Of a stretch of DNA of 32,000 bases, positions 1 to 8,239 are shown in pieces (the first letter of the stretch is position 1; each line of letters begins with the position of its first letter). The DNA comes from Microcystis aeruginosa NIES-843 (lineage in GTDB: Bacteria > Cyanobacteriota > Cyanobacteriia > Cyanobacteriales > Microcystaceae), in the NCBI RefSeq assembly GCF_000010625.1, contig NC_010296.1, positions 750,001 to 782,000 of the forward strand, read 5' to 3'. The notes under the pieces were generated by a model, which was given only the letters and a program-made list of their open reading frames with translations, searched no databases and had not been told where the DNA came from. The position numbers and the translations under genes were made by a program.

Positions 1-306
1 TTAGGGACGGTACTCGGTTTAATTACCTCTTTGGCCAATATTCAATTAAGTGACCTGGGAACTTCCTCGACGGCGGGAGTAACTTTAGGTATTAGTGAAG
101 CTTTAATTTCCACCGCTACCGGCTTAATTGTCGCTATTTTTAGCCTCGCTTTCTATCGTGTTTTTCAGGGACTCTGGTTCAATCAAGCCCGAATTTTTCG
201 CAAGGCCGGCAGTGATTTAGAAATTATCTACCGCCAACGCTGGTTACACCAAGAAGACCAACAATACGCCCTCAGTGCTAACCTAGAAAAACCTCTCGAT
301 CGCTAA
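1..306 (+). CDS. exbB: MotA/TolQ/ExbB-family proton-channel protein, C-terminal part (5' end lies outside the window)
   Basis: Frame 1 is open from base 1. The translation [10 protein letters not shown]...[26 protein letters not shown] matches the conserved C-terminal TM region of ExbB/TolQ. An ExbD-like gene follows 19 bp later. Confidence 0.75.
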   Translation, partial: LGTVLGLITSLANIQLSDLGTSSTAGVTLGISEALISTATGLIVAIFSLAFYRVFQGLWFNQARIFRKAGSDLEIIYRQRWLHQEDQQYALSANLEKPLDR

Positions 307-324
307 ATCTCTCCCTTATCAAGC

Positions 325-894
325 ATGGCCGAAACTAAATCTCTTAACCACAAAAAGCCAAAAAGTAGCCATATTACGGCTCGTCCGCTCAAATTATGGC
401 ATGATCAACACCGCATTCAAGAGGATGTGCAGGTTAATATCATTCCCTTGATCGATGTAATTTTCTGTATTCTCACTTTCTTTATTCTCGGTGCAGTGGG
501 ATTATCTCGCCAACAGGCTATCAGTCTCGATTTACCGAAAGCTAGTACCGCCACCACCCCGATGCGGGAAATGTTGGTGGTTAGTCTCGATGATTTCGGA
601 CAACTCTACGTCGAAAAACAAATGGTGACTCGCGCCCAGTTGTTCGAGGCGATCAAGAATTATCATCAATATAGTCCCAATGGACTGATGGTACTGAATG
701 CCTCCAGAAATGCCAGTTATAACGAAGTGGTTGGGGTTTTAGACCTACTGCGACAGGTAGGCGGTGATCGTGTGGCTTTAGCGACTCTATCGGGGGAGGC
801 TAATAATCCCACCCTGGAAAATAGCAATCCTTTGCCCAATTTGCCGACTAATCCCACCTTGCCCAGTTTACCCAATCCTCTGGGCAGCAATTAA
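325..894 (+). CDS. exbD: ExbD/TolR-family biopolymer transport protein
   Basis: Single N-terminal TM with the ExbD-type motif VNIIPLIDVIFCILTFFIL, a periplasmic domain and a Pro-rich tail. Operonic with the ExbB-like ORF. Confidence 0.8.
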   Translation: MAETKSLNHKKPKSSHITARPLKLWHDQHRIQEDVQVNIIPLIDVIFCILTFFILGAVGLSRQQAISLDLPKASTATTPMREMLVVSLDDFGQLYVEKQMVTRAQLFEAIKNYHQYSPNGLMVLNASRNASYNEVVGVLDLLRQVGGDRVALATLSGEANNPTLENSNPLPNLPTNPTLPSLPNPLGSN

Positions 895-1245
895 CTAGGA
901 ATGGATGCGATAGCTGAGTAATTGTTCTTCGAGGGCGGCAATGCGATTGTAGGCCGCCGTCAATTGTGCCGTTAATCGGCGAATTTGGATTTCATCGGCA
1001 AAAGAATTATCGCCATTGACAGCTGGGGCTTGTTTGCCACCGTGATCCCGGAGAATATCTTTATGATCGTAGAGGCTATTATCGGATAACTCGGAAAAAC
1101 CGACCATTTCCAGGGATTCTCGCCTGGAATGACTCGATTTATCCCCAGCTAGGATAGCAATTTGCTGGCTGAGGCTTTCGACAATATCCTGTAGACGCTC
1201 GACTTTCTGCTCAAGACTGATAATCTGTTGTTGTAGTCCATTCAT
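895..1245 (-). CDS. hypothetical coiled-coil protein
   Basis: 116-aa ORF with heptad-like Leu/Ile/Gln-rich ends. No family recognised. Its stop abuts the exbD stop (convergent). Confidence 0.45.
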   Translation of the reverse strand: MNGLQQQIISLEQKVERLQDIVESLSQQIAILAGDKSSHSRRESLEMVGFSELSDNSLYDHKDILRDHGGKQAPAVNGDNSFADEIQIRRLTAQLTAAYNRIAALEEQLLSYRIHS

Positions 1246-1347
1246 GCAATTACCTAGGGATAAAGGAGGTTTCCCCTCTATGCTAGGCTCTGGAGGAAAT
1301 GGGCTATAACAATTTCTGATTGATTTAACGATCCCTTTACTGCCCTT

Positions 1348-1405
1348 AACGAAAATATGGCACGGGAAGTCCCCACACGAGACCGAAGCAGGATGGGGAT
1401 GTGCC
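1348..1405 (-). terminator. candidate intrinsic terminator downstream of csaB
   Basis: Minus-strand hairpin GGCAC..UCCCCA / UGGGGA..GUGCC (1359-1405) followed by AUAUUUUCGUU. It lies about 115 nt after the csaB stop. Confidence 0.35.
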
Positions 1406-1519
1406 GAGTGCCTCCTTTCCCCTTGATCAAAACCTATGCCACAACAAGGACTTAAGCATATTTTGAGACTTTTTAGAATGAAATAGCCCTGGCATCGGTA
1501 ATCGCACTCGACATAAAAA

Positions 1520-2557
1520 TTAGCTCACCAATCTAGATAAAATTTCTCGATGAATTAAAGCTCGATCGATTAAAAAATGTTTGCGATCGCTGGTTAATCC
1601 CTCTCCATTGGCATAAAAATCAATCCAAGTGGTACTAATATCATTAACTGCCTCTGGTAACTGATCTAATTCCCAACCCGGCATCGGTACTTCGGCAATT
1701 AATCGCGACACTTTCGGATCATAACTCAGGGCAAAACAACGACAATCTTCTGCTGCGGCCATAATTAAACTATGAAAGCGCATTCCGATCACCATTTCTA
1801 CCCCGCGAAATAAGCCTTTTAACTGTCTTGGATCCTCTAAACTAATGATTTTATGATTTTCCCTTAATTGACAGGCTACAGCTTCACAAAGGGGCAAATC
1901 CCGCGACTTTTGAAAAGGGACTAAGAGAATAAACGCCCCCGTACTGATTTGTAAATCAATTAAAGCTTGGGTTAATTTATCTAATTTTGCCGGGGTTAAT
2001 AGGGGATGGGGACGTAAATTGACGGCGATTCTTGGGGCGGGTAAATCCGATAATCCCTTGACTGATTGAGCGTCTAAAGCCCATACTGGATCGGGGGCAA
2101 CAATGGGATGAATACCCCAATTGGCGACTAAATGAGCCGAAGTATCATCGCGCACACTAACTAAACTACATTTTTGTAAAACTTTTTTGGTTAACCAACG
2201 GGTAAAAGGTCTATTTAATGGTCCAATTCCCTGCCCCCAAGCAATAGTTTTTAAGCCCAATAATTGAGCAAGAGCCATTAAACCACCGTAATAAATTGGA
2301 CTGGCAAAACTGGTGACATCCTGCATTAAACTGCCGCCACCCCAGATAAATATATCCGCTTTTTTCATAGTTTGAAAAACTTGCCACCAATCCCTACTAG
2401 GACAGGCTTCCACTCCATAACGTTGACTGGTTTCTCTGGGATTATTTGACAAAACAATAGGTTTAATTGCTGAGGGCAACATCTGCAATAGAGACACTAA
2501 TAATGCCTCATCTCCTCCGTTTCCTCTCCCATAATATCCACAAATTACTGCACGCAT
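1520..2557 (-). CDS. csaB: polysaccharide pyruvyl transferase CsaB
   Basis: 345 aa. The N-terminus MRAVICGYYGRGNGGDEALL and the overall length and pattern are typical of cyanobacterial CsaB pyruvyl transferases. Confidence 0.8.
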   Translation of the reverse strand: MRAVICGYYGRGNGGDEALLVSLLQMLPSAIKPIVLSNNPRETSQRYGVEACPSRDWWQVFQTMKKADIFIWGGGSLMQDVTSFASPIYYGGLMALAQLLGLKTIAWGQGIGPLNRPFTRWLTKKVLQKCSLVSVRDDTSAHLVANWGIHPIVAPDPVWALDAQSVKGLSDLPAPRIAVNLRPHPLLTPAKLDKLTQALIDLQISTGAFILLVPFQKSRDLPLCEAVACQLRENHKIISLEDPRQLKGLFRGVEMVIGMRFHSLIMAAAEDCRCFALSYDPKVSRLIAEVPMPGWELDQLPEAVNDISTTWIDFYANGEGLTSDRKHFLIDRALIHREILSRLVS

Positions 2558-2860
2558 ATATCAGTTATCAGTTATCAGTTATCAGTTATCAGTTCTCAGT
2601 TGTCAGTCAGAAAAAGGCAAGAGTCAAAAGGCAAAAGGCAAAAGTATGGTAAATTTGTCTCCTGTCTCCTGTCTCCTGTCTCCTTTGTCCTCTTTGTTAC
2701 TTTTTTCTTGAAAAATGTCCCTTAGTTTCTTAAGTTATGCTGTCAGCTACAAGTTAGCAGTGACCAGTTTTATTGGATTGCAGTTATCAGTTTATCTATT
2801 TTATTATTCCCACTCATAACTAATAGCTTAAACCTGATCAGTGATCACTGATCACTGATT
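2558..2860. repeat. intergenic block made of several different heptanucleotide tandem repeats (STRR-like)
   Basis: Read directly: (TCAGTTA)n 2561-2608, (AAAGGCA)-type units 2611-2644, (GTCTCCT)n 2657-2684, (CTGATCA)-type units 2834-2859. Confidence 0.85.
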
Positions 2861-3954
2861 TAGTCGTCCATTTGCCAGGGTTCGGTGATGTTTTTTTCAT
2901 CGAGGATATTTTTGGCTCTTAAAATCAAGACCAATTGACCTAGGATGGTGACATCGGGGGGACTATCAAACCATTGTAAAGAGACGGAATTATCTCTCTC
3001 TACTAGATAATAATTGTTCACGTCCCATTCAGCCAAAACTCGATCGATTACTAATAACACTTCCTCAGACCTAGTGGCAATCGATCGAGGTAATTGATCG
3101 CTAGGCCATAAAATCGCTACAGGATCGATCGCTTTGAGAATTGCTTGCCAACCGGGGAGAGGCACGATTGTTTGTTTATCCCCCACCGTTACCAGTCGAA
3201 AAGGTTCCTCGACGCTCAAACTTTCTGTGTGTTTTATATCAGTTACTGTCACCGGAAATCTTCCCACTAAAGGAATAATTCGGGCTAATTCGTCCTCATC
3301 CTGTAAACGATGGACGGGTAGCAACGGTGCGCTACGGGAGGGAGTAACGGTAAAATCTTGTAGTAAAGACTCGATCGCCTGTCTGGCCGAGTCAGAATGG
3401 GCAAATTTCAACCCTTTAGCGATTAATTTCGCTCTTTCGGCTAAATCTCGCTTTTGTTTGCCCCGTTTCCAACACTGGTAAGCGATCGCATCTCCAGGAT
3501 GACGGGTAAATTCACTGGGAATCTGGGATAAACGGGAAAAATCTTGGATAGCTTTGGCGATATCGTGTGCTTCAGCCACCTCAATCCTTTTTTCTGCCGC
3601 TAATTTCGCTGCCCCTAGTCTTTGTTCTTGGTTGAGAATCCGCAATTCGTATAGCACATCACTGCGCGGCCCGATGTAGTAACTTAACAAATCTTCAGCT
3701 GCTCCCGCTTTGATTAAACTCTCAAAAACTTGGGCAGCGACAATAATTAAATTTTGTTGGGCATTTTGAAACCCAGTTTGTTCAAAAATTAACTGGGAAT
3801 CGTAGCCAGCTTTTTGCAGTTTTTGACATTTTTGCCCCCAATTCACCCAATTTCCTTCCTTATGAAGCAGCGAGCGCATTAATTCGGTCGCTTCCGTTTC
3901 GCTGATTCGATCATCTGTACTGCGAGGCTGTTCTGTCATAGACAACTTGATCAA
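2860..3954 (-). CDS. raf1: RuBisCO accumulation factor 1 (Raf1)
   Basis: 364 aa. The N-terminal region ...LMRSLLHKEGNWVNWGQKCQKLQKAGYDSQLIFEQTGFQNAQQNLIIVAAQVFESL matches my recollection of cyanobacterial Raf1. Divergent neighbour of a carboxysome shell gene. Confidence 0.7.
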   Translation of the reverse strand: MIKLSMTEQPRSTDDRISETEATELMRSLLHKEGNWVNWGQKCQKLQKAGYDSQLIFEQTGFQNAQQNLIIVAAQVFESLIKAGAAEDLLSYYIGPRSDVLYELRILNQEQRLGAAKLAAEKRIEVAEAHDIAKAIQDFSRLSQIPSEFTRHPGDAIAYQCWKRGKQKRDLAERAKLIAKGLKFAHSDSARQAIESLLQDFTVTPSRSAPLLPVHRLQDEDELARIIPLVGRFPVTVTDIKHTESLSVEEPFRLVTVGDKQTIVPLPGWQAILKAIDPVAILWPSDQLPRSIATRSEEVLLVIDRVLAEWDVNNYYLVERDNSVSLQWFDSPPDVTILGQLVLILRAKNILDEKNITEPWQMDD

Positions 3955-4086
3955 GCTACAATAACTAAAATTTATCTAATCCCTCAAAAATCTTCAATAG
4001 CAATTAAGGTTAACAGGATAGACTAGATAGTAACAGGATAGCTGACAATCACCCCCTTCGTACCTGTTAGGGCAAGTTTATCTTCA

Positions 4087-4953
4087 ATGTCTAGATTAAG
4101 AGTTAATGGAAGCATTCCCCCCTCGTCCACAACTAACCCCGGTCAAAGGACGATGAAAACCAAACGTCACCCCAAAGATAGCGCCTTGGGTTTAGTCTCT
4201 ACCCTCAGCTTTCCGGCGATCGTCGGGACGGCGGATATGATGCTAAAATCGGCAGAAGTTACCCTCGTGGGTTACGAAAAAATTGGCGGTGGTCACTGTA
4301 CGGCGATCGTGCGTGGTAATATTGCCGATGTGCGGTTAGCAGTGGAAGAAGGGGCAAAAACCGCCGCACAGTTCGGACAATTGGTATCTAAATCGGTTAT
4401 TCCCCGACCGATGCCCAATTTAGAGGTAATTTTCCCCATTGGTAGCCGTTTAGCCGAAATTGCCCAAAGTCAACGGGGTTTCAGCAAACTGAGCAATATG
4501 TCGATCGGTCTCTTGGAAACCAGGGGTTTTCCCGCTATGGTGGGGGCAGCCGATGCCATGTTAAAATCGGCCGATGTGCAGTTAGCTTCCTACGAAACAA
4601 TTGGGGATGGTTTGTGTACGGCCATTATCCGGGGTTCCGTCGCTAATGTGGCCGTAGCCATTGATGCGGGAATGCGGGAAGCAGAGAAAATCGGTGAACT
4701 GCACGCGGTGATGATTATTCCCCGTTTATTGGAAGATTTAGAACATACCCTACCGGTAGCCAGCTACTGGTTAGAAACTCCCGAACCTTTACCGATGTTG
4801 TTACCCAATACTGTCCGGGAAAAACAACGGGAATTGGTCGCTTTACCTGAATTGGAAAAAACCAAAATACCGATTCGTCGCCAAGAAATGCAGGAGAAAG
4901 TGTTAGAAGAAGTGATTCCCGTGGAAGTTATCACCGATGAGGACAGTTATTAA
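4087..4953 (+). CDS. ccmO: carboxysome shell protein CcmO (two tandem BMC domains)
   Basis: Two BMC-domain repeats (LGLVSTLSFPAIVGTADMMLKSAEV... and IGLLETRGFPAMVGAADAMLKSADV...) plus a C-terminal tail. The ATG at 4153 (MKTKRHPKDSALGLV) is a plausible alternative start. Confidence 0.75.
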   Translation: MSRLRVNGSIPPSSTTNPGQRTMKTKRHPKDSALGLVSTLSFPAIVGTADMMLKSAEVTLVGYEKIGGGHCTAIVRGNIADVRLAVEEGAKTAAQFGQLVSKSVIPRPMPNLEVIFPIGSRLAEIAQSQRGFSKLSNMSIGLLETRGFPAMVGAADAMLKSADVQLASYETIGDGLCTAIIRGSVANVAVAIDAGMREAEKIGELHAVMIIPRLLEDLEHTLPVASYWLETPEPLPMLLPNTVREKQRELVALPELEKTKIPIRRQEMQEKVLEEVIPVEVITDEDSY

Positions 4954-4966
4954 TTTTTATTTTCAA

Positions 4967-5002
4967 CTTTGCTCCTGTGCTGCTAAAAGTACAGGAGCAA
5001 AG
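4967..5002 (+). terminator. hairpin terminator candidate after ccmO
   Basis: Perfect 12-bp inverted repeat CTTTGCTCCTGT / ACAGGAGCAAAG with a 12-nt loop, starting 14 bp after the ccmO stop. The following U tract is weak (GTTTGAATT). Confidence 0.5.
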
Positions 5003-5012
5003 GTTTGAATTA

Positions 5013-5080
5013 GGGTTTGCGGCAAAAAGTTTGTTGGTGGGTGTGGATTTCCAGGTAAAAAATCTTTACAGAGTCCCCCG
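5013..5080 (-). repeat. degenerate fragment of MITE family B (heptamer-tract end)
   Basis: GGGTTTGCGGCAAAAAGTTTGTTGGTGGGTGTGG... matches the terminal sequence of the MITE copies at 18008 and 23991. The internal part is deleted or diverged. Confidence 0.45.
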
Positions 5081-5473
5081 ACAGTTAAACCAATCGAATA
5101 ATTATAAATTTTTATCAAGAGGTGCGGCCAGATCGAATAATCGTCGCTAGAATGAGCCTAGTTGTCAGAAATTTAGTTAAATAAGGTTTTTGGCAATATG
5201 CTAATTTGGGCAGGTTTTGCTCTAGGCTACAATGGGTCAGGCTATCGTGCTAATAGGTACGATACCAAACTTGCTAATGCTTACCATAGATCGCTTTCTG
5301 CCTAATACCATTTTTCTTTATTCGCGTCACAACGAATACAGGCTTGGCAAGCATTCGAGCGTGGATGTCTGTCATGGATTTAGAAATTTGGTATAACAAA
5401 TACGTCCTTTCGTATTGTCCATCTTTGACTCACCAATAGAAATCAAATCCTTGTCTCATCTAAATACTACTCT

Positions 5474-5773
5474 ATGAATACCCCCACCCCCCCAGCCACC
5501 ACAACCGATCAGCAACCATCCCCGTCTTTTGTTACTACCAACCCCTCAATCAATCGAAAAGTCGCTTTTGCATCAGTCGGTGCTGCACTAGGCTCTATAA
5601 TCAGCCTCTTTTTAGCAACCTTTTTGCTGAACCTTCCATTTCTAGCGAATATTTCACCAGAAGATAAGGGTACACTCAAAACCAGTTTGACTTCAGGTAT
5701 TACTGCACTGGTAACGCTGTTAATTGGTTACCAAACGAAACCTGGAACCGGAGATGGTATAAGAGAAGAATAG
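5474..5773 (+). CDS. hypothetical small membrane protein (two predicted TM helices)
   Basis: 99-aa ORF with a Pro/Thr-rich N-terminus and two hydrophobic stretches. No family recognised. Its TAG stop lies inside the target duplication of the adjacent IS. Confidence 0.4.
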   Translation: MNTPTPPATTTDQQPSPSFVTTNPSINRKVAFASVGAALGSIISLFLATFLLNLPFLANISPEDKGTLKTSLTSGITALVTLLIGYQTKPGTGDGIREE

Positions 5774-5920
5774 CTTGGGGAGCATCTCACTTATGCAATG
5801 AGTATTAATACTTATAGCCGTCAACAACTAGAAAATCTTCAACTTGATCACAAAGAGAAATGAGATTATAATAGTTATAACTTACAATTCAGAATAGCTC
5901 TCGATGGGAGGAATAATTCA

Positions 5921-6130
5921 ATGTTATCAGAAAATGAAAAAAGAATTAAAGAGTTATGTCAAGAGTTAGGGCAATGTCTCTATGAGCAATCCCCAATTAA
6001 TAAATTTAATAACTTGGGAGAGATAGAGGAGACAGTCAGAGATTTAATGATTCAGTATGTCAACCCAGAAATCGGTATTTTTTTGTCAAAACAAGCACAG
6101 GAGAAACAGCTGGTCGGACAAGAAAAGTGA
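5921..6130 (+). CDS. IS transposase orfA (N-terminal part)
   Basis: 69-aa ORF homologous to orfA of the second IS copy (31043-31252). It ends about 43 nt after a T-run slippery site. Confidence 0.65.
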   Translation: MLSENEKRIKELCQELGQCLYEQSPINKFNNLGEIEETVRDLMIQYVNPEIGIFLSKQAQEKQLVGQEK

Positions 6131-6984
6131 AAAGTATTTTGGGGGAATTACCAATTACAGAAAAACAAGCGAAAAAATTAGAAATAAAGTCTCGGACTCA
6201 GATGAGTCCAATGTTAGAGAAGAACTGTTTGCTATTAAGTGGCGATGAATCCTACGAGAAATCGGCGCAGAAAATCAAATCATTGACAGGGATTGCTGTT
6301 TCTCACAGTACCCAACAACGCCTCGTACATCGCTATGCTTTTGAAGAATTACCGTCTAACCCAGAAGTGGAAGTGGAAGAAATGAGCCTAGATGGCGGTA
6401 AGGTACGACTAAGAACTGCCAAGGGAAAAGCCTTAATTTGGCGTGATTATAAAGCAGTGAGTTTTCATCAACTGGGGGTAGCGGCTTTTTTTCAAGATAA
6501 CTCAGCTTTATTAGATTTGGTTAATTCTCAAGTTTTGGCCAAGCCTTTAATTTGTTTAGGAGATGGACATGATGGTATCTGGAATTTATTTCGTGAGATA
6601 GGAGAGAAACAGGAAAGAATTGAAATATTGGATTGGTATCATTTAATCGAAAACCTCTATAAAGTTGGCGGGTCATTCCAGCGAATTGAGGAGGTAAAAT
6701 GTTTTCTCTGGAAGGGGGAAGTGGATGCTGCTATCTCCTGTTTTGAGGGATGGTCAGAGCCGCAAGTGGAGAATTTTATTATTTATTTGAACAAGCATAA
6801 ACATCGAATTGTCAATTATGGTTATTTGCAGGCAGAGGGCATTTCGATTGGCTCTGGCTCTGTTGAATCAAAAATTAAACAAATTGCTCATCGTCTTAAA
6901 ATTACTGGTGCAAGTTGGGAATCTGGTAATGTACCGCAAGTCCTTCGTCATCGCTGTGCTTATCTAAATGGTTGCCTTTTTTAA
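6127..6984 (+). CDS. IS transposase orfB (DDE catalytic part), in the -1 frame relative to orfA
   Basis: Contains the motif LGDGHDGIWNLF...ILDWYHLIENL, typical of ISKra4/ISLre2-type transposases. The -1 frame is already open and homologous to copy 2 from about 6076 (YFFVKTSTGETAGRTRK). Confidence 0.7.
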   Translation: MKSILGELPITEKQAKKLEIKSRTQMSPMLEKNCLLLSGDESYEKSAQKIKSLTGIAVSHSTQQRLVHRYAFEELPSNPEVEVEEMSLDGGKVRLRTAKGKALIWRDYKAVSFHQLGVAAFFQDNSALLDLVNSQVLAKPLICLGDGHDGIWNLFREIGEKQERIEILDWYHLIENLYKVGGSFQRIEEVKCFLWKGEVDAAISCFEGWSEPQVENFIIYLNKHKHRIVNYGYLQAEGISIGSGSVESKIKQIAHRLKITGASWESGNVPQVLRHRCAYLNGCLF

Positions 6985-7065
6985 CTTTTTTATTGAGATC
7001 ATTAAGCATTTCTACTTATTGCAAAGGTGAGATGCTCCCTAAACTGAATAGCTTGTAGCAATCTT

Positions 7066-7164
7066 GTAGGGTGCGTTCCCTAATCTGGCTCCTACTTCTC
7101 CACTAATAGATTTTTGGGGAACGCACCATGCACATTGATTGAAACTGTGGGTTAAAGTGCGATG
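7066..7164 (+). repeat. structured ~100-bp repeat (family C), copy A
   Basis: GTAGGGTGCGTTCCCTAAT..(variable)..TTTTGGGGAACGCACCATGCACATTGATTGAAACTGTGGGTTAAAGTGCGATG. An 11-bp perfect stem pairs 7070-7080 with 7117-7127. Repeated at 12702-12760 and 13547-13644. Confidence 0.7.
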
Positions 7165-7276
7165 TGGGCTAATCTGGCTAACAGGCTTTTGGGCGTGATA
7201 TAGGGAAAAGTTCTGGCGATTGCGCCTAAATAGAGTGATATGCCGAAAGTTAACCCATATCGTTAGTCTGGAGAGT

Positions 7277-7316
7277 GTTATACATAAAGTTGGTGTATAA
7301 TTTTTAGTTATACATA
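7277..7316 (+). promoter_or_regulatory. candidate promoter/operator of the R-M operon
   Basis: Extended -10 TGTATAAT at 7294-7301, about 65 bp upstream of the R gene ATG. It is flanked by two direct copies of GTTATACATA (7277-7286, 7307-7316). TTATACA / TGTATAA form an inverted repeat. Confidence 0.35.
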
Positions 7317-7365
7317 CATTATCTGTAGCAGAAAGTGGAAGATTTAAGTAAAGAAAAGGCACAAT

Positions 7366-8202
7366 ATGACTAAAAAGAATCAATCAAAAAGATTAACGAA
7401 TCAACATAAAGAGTCTAAAGGTGTAGTTGGTATATTTGGAGATGAAGCAAAATCACACGACATAACTGTTGGAAAAATTTCACTTTTTGTAATTGAACAG
7501 CTTGAAAAGGAGTTTCCTCAATTATCTTTTCAATACAAAACGAGCATAAAAAAAGAAGAAATAAACGAAGCATTAAAGAAAATTGACCCAGAATTAGGAC
7601 AAACACTTTTTGTATCAAATTCAAGTATTATACCCGATGGTGGAATAATAGAAGTAAAAGATGATAACGGTAATTGGAGAATCGTTTTAGTTTCGGAAGC
7701 TAAACATCAGGGGAAAGACATTGAAAACATCAAAGCAGGAAAACTTGTAGGAGCAAAAAATGATCAAGATTTGATGGCTGCTGGTAATGCGATAGAAAGA
7801 TCCCATAAAAACATATCTGAAATCGCTAATTTGATGTTATCTGAATCTCATTTTCCCTATGTATTATTTCTAGAAGGCTCAAATTTTTTAACAGAAACTA
7901 TTTCAATTAAAAGACCCGATGGAAGGGTTGTAACGCTTGAATACAATTCAGGAACGCTAAATAGATTAGATAGGTTAACTTCTGCAAATTATGGAATGCC
8001 CATTAATACCAATTTGTGTAAAAATAAGTTTGTCAAGCATAAAGATAAAACAATTATGCTTCAAGCAACTTCTATATACACACAAGGAAATGGCGAAAAA
8101 TGGGATGTCAAAAAAATGTTTGATATTATGCTTGAAATTTCTAAAACCTCTCTTAAAGTATTAGGCAGTGAGATATTTAATCAGATAACCAAAAGTAAAT
8201 AA
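7366..8202 (+). CDS. ecoRIR: type II restriction endonuclease, EcoRI family (predicted GAATTC specificity)
   Basis: 278 aa, collinear with my recollection of E. coli R.EcoRI over its whole length (QSKRLTNQHK.., SFQYKTSIKKEEINEALKKIDPELG, PDGGIIEVKDD..LVSEAKHQGKD, MAAGNAIERSHKNISEIANLMLSESHFPYVLFLEGSNF). The catalytic D91, E111 and K113 sit at the same positions. Confidence 0.9.
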   Translation: MTKKNQSKRLTNQHKESKGVVGIFGDEAKSHDITVGKISLFVIEQLEKEFPQLSFQYKTSIKKEEINEALKKIDPELGQTLFVSNSSIIPDGGIIEVKDDNGNWRIVLVSEAKHQGKDIENIKAGKLVGAKNDQDLMAAGNAIERSHKNISEIANLMLSESHFPYVLFLEGSNFLTETISIKRPDGRVVTLEYNSGTLNRLDRLTSANYGMPINTNLCKNKFVKHKDKTIMLQATSIYTQGNGEKWDVKKMFDIMLEISKTSLKVLGSEIFNQITKSK

Positions 8203-8239
8203 CTAAAACAAAGATTTATTAAATCAAAATAGGTTGAAA

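Larger units (their letters stand above)
5778..7046 (+). mobile_element. IS element with ISKra4/ISLre2-like DDE transposase, copy 1
   Basis: Imperfect terminal inverted repeats GGGAGCATCTCACTTATGCAATGAGTA (5778-) and TACTTATTGCAAAGGTGAGATGCTCCC (-7039). A 9-bp direct repeat AATAGCTTG sits at 5769-5777 and 7047-7055, so the transposed unit apparently ends at 7046. Confidence 0.8.

Noticed and set aside
1359-1405. GGGAAGU and CCGAAG motifs within a hairpin, reminiscent of glutamine-riboswitch E-loop strands
   Set aside because: On the + strand the two motifs do not face each other across a helix, as the riboswitch fold requires, and no suitable downstream gene exists. On the minus strand the hairpin followed by a U-rich tract is better explained as a csaB terminator.
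3134-3481. Antisense ORFs inside well-supported genes (3134-3481 in raf1; 24077-24891 set in pfkB; 14257-14493 in vapC; 15329-15511; 18499-19169 set; 20604-21360 set; 26321-26782 set)
   Set aside because: Each lies fully within a longer ORF on the opposite strand that has clear family motifs. Their compositions are odd and no homology was recognised.
5274-5375. 33-codon minus-strand ORF (MTDIHARMLAKPVFVVTRIKKNGIRQKAIYGKH) in the 430-bp gap at the left edge of the island
   Set aside because: It might be a remnant of a larger gene, but it is too short, has no recognisable motif, and the frames beyond its stop are closed. It cannot be supported.
7133-7146. ATTGATTGAAAC inside repeat family C resembles the 3' end (..GATTGAAAC) of many cyanobacterial CRISPR repeats
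   Set aside because: The copies are solitary and are not arranged as repeat-spacer units. The rest of the unit does not look like a CRISPR repeat, and no cas genes are present. The 9-nt resemblance could be chance.
7039-7383. 114-aa minus-strand ORF covering repeat copy A and the R-M promoter region
   Set aside because: It is built from the repeat (the GNAPY-type translation recurs in the 13469-13654 ORF) and from AT-rich promoter DNA. It has no recognisable family and overlaps the start of the R gene. Treated as spurious.
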